From: Octopus bimaculoides
Taxonomy: Eukaryota
Reading direction: 5' to 3'
NCBI RefSeq assembly: GCF_001194135.2
Contig: NC_068990.1
Coordinates: 89,631,050 to 89,695,049 of the forward strand
DNA: 64,000 nucleotides
Shown: in pieces, positions 54,242 through 64,000 of the stretch
How the letters are laid out: each line of letters starts with the position of its first letter
Numbering within the stretch: position 1 is the stretch's first letter
The notes under the pieces: generated by a model
Seen by the model: the letters and a program-made list of their open reading frames with translations, nothing else
The model's database searches: none
Told to the model about the DNA's origin: nothing
Position numbers and translations under genes: made by a program

Positions 54242-54906
54242 GTCTAATGTCTTATGGTTTTATATATTACTACGAATCTACCAGTCAACCTACATTCACG
54301 TTTTTGCAGCAAAGCCATATTAAAAAATATAAATACGGACTGATCCTGTCATTACGCTACCTGAGCAATCTCTAAATAATGCAGACGACAGCTTTCGCTT
54401 TCTCAGTCGACATCATTCTTTACACTATTTTCTCTAACATTCAGCTGTAGACATATTTCAGAAATATTTACGAGCTACCTACCTGTTATTTTCCCATTGA
54501 AGACACTAAATGAGATCTAAACACTGGTGTCTGACCACCTGCTGACAAAATTTTGTCTTTGATCTGTATTTCTTACGGCAAAAGTCTCTAAGAAATATCT
54601 TAGACACAAAATATCCCTGCAAGAACAATTCTTTGCTATGTCCATTATAAATACAACACACATTGTTTTCTTAATATAATGCTGTTCCAGGTGCAAGTTT
54701 AGAATGAATTTTAGCCAGGCCAGCTCTTGCACAAAACAATGACTGTCTAGTTTGTTAATTTCTATATACGAACGATGAATTCGACTGAGTGAGAATGTGC
54801 GAGAGTATTGTTTCCCACGGAGATCAAATCAATTCACAACACTGGTGTGTGATGGTCCACTGCCGACATTCTGAGCAAACTCTGTGTCTTTAACATTGTG
54901 TTAAGA

Positions 54907-54940
<34 letters not shown>

Positions 54941-54949
54941 CTTAGATAA

Positions 54950-55440
54950 CTTAGATAGCTCTCGGCTGAGGCCATGCTGGAGCTCCACCTGTCAGTGTGT
55001 TCGAGCTTCTTCTCTGCACTGTTTCTGGGAAAGGAATGAGTTGGACAGAGCTGCTCTTCTTTGTGCCTCCTGCTGCGATGTGGTTTCATCTGGTATCTCA
55101 GATAAAAGAAATTTCCAGACGCACTTTGAAGCCCTACAAATCTATACGGAAGTTTAGCAGAATGTTGAAAAGTTATGGACCCTTCAAACCCAAACTGTTA
55201 CACTACTATGTCCTTATTCCAGGTGGAGAAGACGAGATCTTTGGTAATATGCAGTGCCGTCCAGTTTGGTGGTTGGTATAGCCTTCAATTCCAAAGTCGA
55301 GAGCTAGACCTTCCCGGACCTTTCATATGTATATCACTGTATATCTTTCTCCCCTTCTCTTTAGGGAGTAGAGCTTCAGTTGCTTGAGTCTTTCCCAGTA
55401 GCTCATCTTCGTTGTGAAGTGAACCATTTGTAGAAAACAT
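54950..55440 (-). mobile_element. CR1/L2-like LINE 3' end
   Basis: MSYWERLKQLKLYSLKRRGERYTVIYI*KV..GL; ..NSLGLKGP*LFN..; 3' tail GGTGGAGCTCCAGCATGGCCTCAG. Confidence 0.85.
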
Positions 55441-55599
55441 TTGAAAAAAATTATAGCATTAATTTTAGAGAATATAATATTGGTTCCAAAATAAATTAAA
55501 CTACTCACTCAATTCCGATCAAATTAAGTTTCCAAAATATATTAAGAACAACTCAATTAGGACTAAATGTTTATTCTGCCTATGAAACGAAACATTTGT

Positions 55600-56370
55600 A
55601 CGAAATTTATAAAACAACACACTGTAGACATATTTCTAAATCCTCAACAGAAACATACGTTGAAAATAGGATTGATGAGGTTAATCTTGAAAATTTAAAT
55701 CATAGAACTGAACCATTTTTACCTAATCCATATTTCATTACACTGAAAGATCAATATATAATTTCAAGCAAAAACCTAGATTTAGATATGTCACTAGAAC
55801 AGTCTCTAATGTAATCAGCAAATATTTATATGAATTTATCACCAAATCTGAAGACGGTGTCCGCTTAACTTCACAGAAAATATCCGAGAATTAATCAAAT
55901 GATTTAAATTAATAAGACATAGGGATAACACTTAATTTCTAGTTTGTTTTAACTTTGACAGTTTTCATTTAATTTAAAATAATATTACTTGTGTATCACG
56001 TTAATCTTATTAGCACACTAACTTTATTAGCGGATATTATTAATTTTGCGAAATCATTAACCGACATCAGTGACACTGAAATTGATATTATATCGTAAGC
56101 CTCTGAAATGATTGTCAATTAACGTGGTGCCATCTGGATAAAACACATCTTTGACTTAAACAATGATGATCACGACGGCCTAACTTAATGAACTAATCAA
56201 CTTATTAATTCTACACAAATTCAAAATTTTGTTTTCTAGCTTTGAAAGCGGATCATATAGATAAAATAAAATCTGAAAACAAACTAGGATTTTATTTCAA
56301 GAACTTCGGATTCCACATTAGCATAGAAACCAGTCTCCACAAATACAACTTTTTGACCTCTCTAATTCTC
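55600..56370 (+). mobile_element. Degenerate Penelope-like RT fragment
   Basis: YFITLKD../FKQKPRFR..SNVISKYL; a DDGL-like remnant (CACGACGGCCTA); FKNFGFHISIETSLHKYNFL (cf. FK.FGL.ITIE.NLK.VNFLD). Confidence 0.6.
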
Positions 56371-56670
56371 TATATTATCCTTTTAGGAAAGCAAATGAAT
56401 CGTTGAATTTCCACAGAAGCGGTAACCAGAACATTTAAAAGGAATATCTCCGAGTGAACTCAATATTTACACTACGTCATCACTTACAAATAGGAATAAC
56501 AGTATAATATCAATTAGTGCTACCTCGTTTAACTTAATTGTAGCTACCCCAATTGCTAGATCATTTTTCAAACTACTGAAATACACAATATTAATCTAGC
56601 ATATTTAATTGGAATACAATTAAAATATCGTATTATATCATATCTAATCTCATTTGAGCTCTTGACTTAT

Positions 56671-56730
<60 letters not shown>

Positions 56731-56789
56731 GATAAGCTTATTTAACCGTGGAGAAGTCCTCGTGAACTGACCAATGACCAAGCCCAACA

Positions 56790-57490
56790 ACACGTGAACA
56801 TTGGCAAACAACTGCAGGAAAATCCTCATTTTTGGCGTCGAATTGCAACTGGGTGTGGGGTGACAAAATGGATCTATTTTCGTAATTCAGTGGCTTTGTT
56901 CCGGTCAGACTTCAGACCTGTTGTCAAACAAGGGCAGTTTGAACAAAAGGTCATGTTGTGTTTGATCGAATTTTGAGGGTGTGTTGCACTTTGTGCTTGC
57001 CCTAGATGATCCTGCTGTGAACGCTAAGTTTTATGCTCAACAACTACAGTGGGTATATGATGCTTTCAGATCCCATTACTCGGCATTGGTCAAACGAACA
57101 CACACACACTCCAACAGTATGGAAATTCCCCAGTATACACTGCCATTCTGTCCAAGCCCAAACTTGGAACTTGAGGGGCTGGAAGTGCTGCCTCACCTTA
57201 ACTACAGTCCAGACCATGCATCATCGGATTGTCACCTTTCTCGAGTCATGACACATTCTCTGGTCGGACGTTCAATAGTTTGGATGAAGTTAAAACGGGT
57301 ACTGGAAGTTTTTTTACACCCTAAACCAGCCATATGGTATAAACGTGGAATCGAGCTTCTGGCGTTATGATGGTAACAGTCAATAGAATACGACAAGGTA
57401 TATTTTGATTAATAAACATTTTCCGTATGTAATTTAGTTGAGCTAGTAATCAAATCTTCAAATACGAAAAGAAAATTTTCGACACAATCT
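56790..57490 (+). mobile_element. Mariner transposase pseudogene fragment
   Basis: FWRRIATG..KWIYF, KVMLC, VNAKFYAQQL, LEVLPHLNYSPDHASSDCHL, WYKRGIELL; stop at 57410-57412. Confidence 0.9.
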
Positions 57491-58126
57491 GGTGTGACTC
57501 ATTGATGGATTATTCTTACCATTAGTAATATATTTATGTAATTCTAATTTCTTCAGTAAAATATAATTCATATCAAACTCCTCCTGTCTGTAACACAATT
57601 AAATTTCTGTAGCACAATGGAAAACAACTTTCCAGCTATATCTAAACTTCCAACCTAATTCATCAATTTATTAACTCAGTAGTCAAAGTTAAATCATCCT
57701 GTCCAACACTTACCAGAATCGATTTCTAACCAACTTATTCAATTATACAAATAAATACGTAACATTTTTCATTTATGCTGCAATTTAGTTCAATCCGTCC
57801 TACTTATCTATTTGCTTCCATCGACTTTTGATGCTTTGATTCTCACCGAATTATTCACGCTGTATTTCTTATATAATTCCCTTCAACTAAATATTTAGCA
57901 GTGTTTCTTCTGATTCCTCCATTAAGATTTCAAATTCCACAGTGGTAAAACTTGCTTTTTACAATTTCAGTATCGAAAAGTATCATCGATCAAGTATTGG
58001 AGTCGATGGTATCGACTGATTCCATGACTTCACAGTTACTGGCCCTGAAGCTAACTCAGAAACCACAATTATTATTACTATTATTATCACTGTTTACTAT
58101 TTAATCTCCATGTTTGATGCAATCAC

Positions 58127-58742
58127 TCACAGGGACAAACCCAGGGGGAGGTGTTCTCCATTTTTCCATACATGATCAGCCATACCCGATTTATCAATAT
58201 CTCCTCGTGTCACAGCTTTGCGATGTTCTTCTACCCTTATTTTGAGGGGGCGACATATTTCGCCTTTGTATAACCTACCACAGCTGCATGGGATGGAGTA
58301 CACGCAGTTTTTGGTCATATTCTCTTCTATTGGTGGTTTTGCTCGAAGGTGATATTTGCGAAGTGTTGTATTATTCTTGAATACTGTCCTGATGTCATAT
58401 GGGCCGCATATCTTTTGTATCTTTTCGGAGAGGCCTTTAACATAGAGTAGACAGACTTCTCTTTCCTTCATAATTGGAGTGGATAGTATGTTTTGTAGGT
58501 AGTTGTTGCTTCACAGATTGTTATTGAGCTTGATCATTTCTTCGTGGTGTGTATCACGATCGCTATCATTCCTGGACGTATTAATAACGCGCAGCAAGTA
58601 TGGATTCAGGACATCTATATAGCGCAAGCCGACCTTCATTGGACGATTCCTCAACTTCAATACCAACCATCCATATAGTGTAAAGAGAGGGATTGCTCAG
58701 TGCCTAAAACATCGTGCAAAGAATATAGGTAGCGACCGTGAT
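58127..58742 (-). mobile_element. Penelope-like element fragment (RT thumb + GIY-YIG) with inverted 5' segment
   Basis: Minus 58565->58127: SDRDTHHEEM..VKGLSEKIQKIC..CVYSIPCSCGRLYKGEICRPLKIRVEEH. Plus 58563-58742: LSFLDVLITR..RKPTFIGRFLNFNTNHP..RAKNIGSDRD. Confidence 0.92.
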
Positions 58743-58950
58743 CTTGCGCTGTCAATATGAAACTTTCAGTCTCTGCTTTCAATCCTGAACTCCTCAGCCG
58801 CTGATGGGTTAGGAGGTCTTATAGCACTCTTCTCATCACATCATTTCTCTTCCCCACTGCTTATACGTAGGTACAAACGGTCTACGTCTACCTTAGCGTG
58901 GTGCATATTCTTGGACGTCCAGCCGTTGGAGTTCGGTAGGGTTCCAGTTA
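58743..58950 (-). mobile_element. R4/Dong-like non-LTR RT C-terminal fragment, internally deleted
   Basis: MHHAKVDVDRLYLRISSG (cf. HP.ADVDRLY..R..GGRG) joined to GLKAETESFILTAQD. Confidence 0.75.
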
Positions 58951-59686
58951 ATGATGTTGAAACTGTACTAGCTGTACAAGATGAAGCATTAAGGACTAAT
59001 TGGATAAAAGCCAAGATAGACAAAAACCAAGTAGATTCCCAATGTAGGTTATACAAATCAAAAGAGTAAAGCGTTACTCATATAGTAAGTGGATGTAGCA
59101 TGCTGGCACAGAAAGAATAAAAGAAAAGACATGACGACCTAGCGTGAGAAATGCATTGGGAGTTATGCAGAAAAGCTAAGATTTGAAGACACTAATAAAT
59201 GGTATGGACATGAGCCTAGTAAAGTACTAGAAAGTAAGAAATACAAGTTGTTATGGGACTTTAACATTCAAAGTGACAGAGTAGTAGAAGCTAGAAGGCC
59301 TGATTTAGTAGTAGTAGATAAAGAGAATATAAAGTGCCAGATAATTGACTTTACAATCTCAAATGATGAAAAAATCAATATGAGAAGTATAGAAAAAATA
59401 GTCAAATACCAGCATCTAGTCATTGAATTACAGAAACTATGGAAGGTGCGGGTAAAATGTATCCCAGTAGTTATAGGTGTATTGGAAACTATCCCAAAAT
59501 ATTTCAACTGATGGATAGAGGAAATAGGCATAAAACCCAGTTTAGTACAGCTCTAGAAAACAGTGTTATTAGGGATAGCTAGGTTATTTAGGAAGGTTCT
59601 TGGCATCTAAGGTTACTTATTGTAGCCTGATATTAGGATTTTTTTCTTTTCCAAGAGTCTAATCTGTTGTGTGTATATGATAATAA

Positions 59687-59770
<84 letters not shown>
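58950..59770 (+). mobile_element. R4/Dong-like non-LTR element 3' end (CCHC + restriction-like endonuclease) ending in (TAA)n
   Basis: AVQDEALRTN..CRLY..HIVSGC..RHD..LLWDFNIQSDRVVEARRPDLVVVDK..IIDF..EKIVKYQHL..PVVIG..RKVLGI* (stop 59608-59610), a short 3'UTR, then (TAA)n at ~59682-59770. Confidence 0.92.
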
Positions 59771-59771
<1 letters not shown>

Positions 59772-60424
59772 TATTATTATTATTTTTATCATTGTTATTA
59801 TCATTATTATTGTTGTTGTTGTTGTATAGCGTTTCAATGTTTTCCCGTTATCATCTACAAATCTAAATTTAATTTTTTGTTTACTTTTTAATGTTGGCAA
59901 TCTATTGCGAATATACAAATAATTACACAAAGTTCGTCTCTAGATTCCTTAATTAACTTATATATTACCCATTTCATTGAAGCACTCCATCACGTATTAT
60001 CATTCTTTTCTCTCTCGTTTATCGCCACTCGTTAAATGGTCCAAACCAGCCACTTTTTATTGACAATCTTTACATCTATGTCACACTTACCTATTTGTAA
60101 ACAAACAACCACCTCTTTCACCGGTTTTAACGATATTTAAAATTTTCCGGCAAAACATGAAACAATTAAAAAAAAAAATTCAGAAAATCAATAGTCATCT
60201 CATTTCCAATAATTCCACTATAATTTTATATTACTATAACACAAACCTATCTGTTAAAATATTATATATTATATATATGTACCGACACACTCACAAACGG
60301 ACATAAGTCGCTAAGCATACAAATACACATATTTTGTCGTCGAATGCAACGAACGGGAGAAACGTTCTCAATGTAAGTTTTATTTTGGCTGACCTAGTGA
60401 CCGACGTGTTCACGATATATATAT

Positions 60425-60714
60425 CAGCTGATACGATCAACAGAACAGCTTGCTCGTGAAATTAACGTGCAAGTGGCTGAGCACTCCACAGACACGTGTA
60501 CCCTTAACGTAGTTCTCGGGAAGATTCAGCGTGACACAGAGTGTGACAAGGCTGGCCCTTTGAATTACAGGTACTACTCATTTTTACTAGTTGAATGGAC
60601 AGGAGCAACGTGAAATAAAGTGCCTTGCTCAAGAACACAACGCGTCGCCGGGAATTGAACTCACGACCTTACAATCGTGATCCGGATGCTCTAACCACTA
60701 AGCCACGCGCCCTC
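60425..60714 (-). mobile_element. tRNA-derived SINE, family D, full length
   Basis: A-box TGGCTTAGTGG, B-box GAGTTCAATTCC, then CORE-like TTGTGTTCTTGAGCAAGGCACTTTA. Confidence 0.88.
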
Positions 60715-61464
60715 ATATATATATATATATATANNNNNNNNNNNNNNNNNNNNNNNNNNNNNNNNNNNNNNNNNNNNNNNNNNNNNNNNNNNNNNNNNNN
60801 NNNNNNNNNNNNNNNNNNNNNNNNNNNNNNNNNNNNNNNNNNNNNNNNNNNNNNNNNNNNNNNNNNNNNNNNNNNNNNNNNNNNNNNNNNNNNNNNNNNN
60901 NNNNNNNNNNNNNNNNNNNNNNNNNNNNNNNNNNNNNNNNNNNNNNNNNNNNNNNNNNNNNNNNNNNNNNNNNNNNNNNNNNNNNNNNNNNNNNNNNNNN
61001 NNNNNNNNNNNNNNNNNNNNNNNNNNNNNNNNNNNNNNNNNNNNNNNNNNNNNNNNNNNNNNNNNNNNNNNNNNNNNNNNNNNNNNNNNNNNNNNNNNNN
61101 NNNNNNNNNNNNNNNNNNNNNNNNNNNNNNNNNNNNNNNNNNNNNNNNNNNNNNNNNNNNNNNNNNNNNNNNNNNNNNNNNNNNNNNNNNNNNNNNNNNN
61201 NNNNNNNNNNNNNNNNNNNNNNNNNNNNNNNNNNNNNNNNNNNNNNNNNNNNNNNNNNNNNNNNNNNNNNNNNNNNNNNNNNNNNNNNNNNNNNNNNNNN
61301 NNNNNNNNNNNNNNNNNNNNNNNNNNNNNNNNNNNNNNNNNNNNNNNNNNNNNNNNNNNNNNNNNNNNNNNNNNNNNNNNNNNNNNNNNNNNNNNNNNNN
61401 NNNNNNNNNNNNNNNNNNNNNNNNNNNNNNNNNNNNNNNNNNNNNNNNNNNNNNNNNNNNNNNN

Positions 61465-61502
<38 letters not shown>

Positions 61503-63252
61503 AGCATTTCATAAACGAACTTAGAATCGCCGTGTGTGTTGGTATTCTACATAAATAAAAGAAATTGCGAACGTAGGAAGGCTGTAAAGATAGCTTAGCA
61601 AGTTGAGTCGCGAATTCCTTTATGTAGACTATATATATGTGCAATTGTTTATGTGTGTGTGTGATTGTGTGTAGGAAAGATAAAACGAAAGGGTTAAAAT
61701 TGTGCTAAATTTTTGTATACATATCACATTTTACTAACTGTTATTACTTTCAGAGTTTAACTATGTCCTTCAATGCGATTTTGGCCCATGTATCGGAAGA
61801 AATACGTGCGGTCAATTTTAAATAGAAAGGTGGCTTAGAAATGTTCCCTCTTGCAGCGTTCATTAAGCAAGAAGAACGCCAATAATGAAATTTAACCACA
61901 ATTTTTCGTCATATATAAAATGCAGATTGTAGTAGATCTGGTTGTAAATAAGCTGATGAAAGCAACAGACATATTGTAATAAGTTTGCAGGTCTACGATG
62001 ATGAATAGATATAACCAGACAAAGAGAACATATTAGCGTTGATTATCAATATCAACAGTAAGCGTGAGCAAAATAAATCAGGTGAGAGTTCTGCACAGCA
62101 AAAAGAAATGCAGTCCGGTTTCAAATATGTTATATAGCAAGCTTGCACACTTCGATCAACTAAAATTATCCATCAATTGAGCTTATATTAATTTGCAAAA
62201 TGATAGGAATATATTTGCTGAAGATTTCAATTTAAACCGAAATATGTTCATTGAATTCATATTGCATTTTAAAAACCAGATTCATTCCAACTTCCATTGC
62301 CAAAATTGCTAAAATATTTTCAATCAAGTAAGTTGCCTGCCTTATTATTTTTAGATCTTCTATCTATATATTCGCTGGATAATCACAGTCGATTTAAACT
62401 TTCCAACTCACCGTATAACACATTTACAACACTTCTGTACTTGAATGTAGCATACAAAACGGTAATCTTTGATAGCTTCTCTCGGTTATATATCTCTCGG
62501 TTATATGACATATATTGCATGTGTGTAAGCCCATGTGTGCAAGAGTACATGTATATATGTGTGTATGTGTGTGTGTGTGTTTACGTGTATGAGTGTTCAA
62601 ACACAGTTTCCTTACCTAGTTTTTTCAATTAATCTTCTAAATATAAACTTCCAAGAAGCTTAAGATTAATATATATGTACACACACACTCACACACACAC
62701 ACACACACACACANNNNNNNNNNNNNNNNNNNNNNNNNNNNNNNNNNNNNNNNNNNNNNNNNNNNNNNNNNNNNNNNNNNNNNNNNNNNNNNNNNNNNNN
62801 NNNNNNNNNNNNNNNNNNNNNNNNNNNNNNNNNNNNNNNNNNNNNNNNNNNNNNNNNNNNNNNNNNNNNNNNNNNNNNNNNNNNNNNNNNNNNNNNNNNN
62901 NNNNNNNNNNNNNNNNNNNNNNNNNNNNNNNNNNNNNNNNNNNNNNNNNNNNNNNNNNNNNNNNNNNNNNNNNNNNNNNNNNNNNNNNNNNNNNNNNNNN
63001 NNNNNNNNNNNNNNNNNNNNNNNNNNNNNNNNNNNNNNNNNNNNNNNNNNNNNNNNNNNNNNNNNNNNNNNNNNNNNNNNNNNNNNNNNNNNNNNNNNNN
63101 NNNNNNNNNNNNNNNNNNNNNNNNNNNNNNNNNNNNNNNNNNNNNNNNNNNNNNNNNNNNNNNNNNNNNNNNNNNNNNNNNNNNNNNNNNNNNNNNNNNN
63201 NNNNNNNNNNNNNNNNNNNNNNNNNNNNNNNNNNNNNNNNNNNNNNNNNNNN

Positions 63253-63324
<72 letters not shown>

Positions 63325-63784
63325 GTGTATATGATCACAACTAATCTAAGTTAGTCACTACTTTTTTAATGTAGAAATATTAGTTTCCAACTGCCTTACC
63401 TTTAATTATTTTAACAATCACACACAATATTATGTCTTCCAGCATCAGTTTACTAACGAGATTTATACAATTTCCTAAAACACTTTTCAACGTAGCACAA
63501 TTCATCTCCATAATTCAACGATAATATCCAATTTCATTTTATTTGTTTAGTCTGCTCAAACACACACGCACATTCGCACATGTGCACACACACACACACA
63601 CACACGTTTATTTCTATATACGCATTTAGATATGTATATATGAATATGTGTGTGCGTGGGTTGAAGTGCATGTGCGCGCGAGTGTATGTATGTATATAAT
63701 GCATATGTATAGAGGACACAGAAACAATCACACATACGCATATACACATTCTGCTTCGTGCTGTGCACTGCTCAGTTAATTTTC

Positions 63785-63962
63785 TCCAGGAGTTACTGTG
63801 TGGTAAGTAGCTTGCTTACCAGCTACATGGTTCCGGGTTCAGTCTCATTGCGGGTTCAGTCTCATTGCGGGTTCAGTCTCACCATCGGCAGGTGTCTTCT
63901 ACTATAGGCTCGGGCCGACCAAAGCCTTATGAGGTGATTTGGTAGACGGAAACGGAAAGCCG

Positions 63963-63965
<3 letters not shown>
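63785..63965 (+). mobile_element. Family C SINE 5' half with triplicated B-box
   Basis: TGTGTGGTAAGTAGCTTGCTTACC.. (GGGTTCAGTCTCATTGC)x2 + GGGTTCAGTCTCA ..GTGTCTTCTACTATAG..CCGACCAAAGCC. Confidence 0.88.

Positions 63966-64000
<35 letters not shown>

Noticed and set aside
56249-56400. Third paralogous exon starting ADHID
   Set aside because: It has no donor site, and the frame continues into the PLE RT motif FKNFGFHISIETSLHKYNFL, so it belongs to the decayed Penelope element.

Overview
AT-rich, gap-ridden animal genomic DNA. The SINE families, dense (CA)n/(TA)n/(TACA)n/(TAA)n microsatellites and microsatellite-flanked N gaps look like a short-read cephalopod (Octopus-like) assembly; the organism is inferred, not checked. 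There is no intact long protein-coding ORF, and most ORF-track entries are microsatellite or N translations. The window is a graveyard of mobile elements: three or four tRNA-derived SINE families, Tc1/mariner, Tigger-like and hAT MITE relics, a Gypsy pol fragment, Penelope-like (PLE) fragments, R4/Dong-like, CR1/L2-like and RTE-derived pieces. The most notable signal is a set of minimal type-I hammerhead ribozyme folds with non-canonical cores. One is a G3:C8 swapped core (GUGA(A/U)CA) in two unrelated sequence contexts (2190-2240, 10934-10978, 39753-39791). The other is a CUGUUGA (A6U) core (7829-7864, 17008-17043). All have palindromic stem III typical of dimer-acting PLE ribozymes, and one sits in a ~200 bp TSD-flanked non-coding element. 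A second signal is a diverged ~7.3 kb-offset duplication carrying two homologous phase-1 micro-exon candidates (AEKVD.../ADKID...), suggesting a small unannotated gene pair. All calls are by eye, with no database search or folding software.
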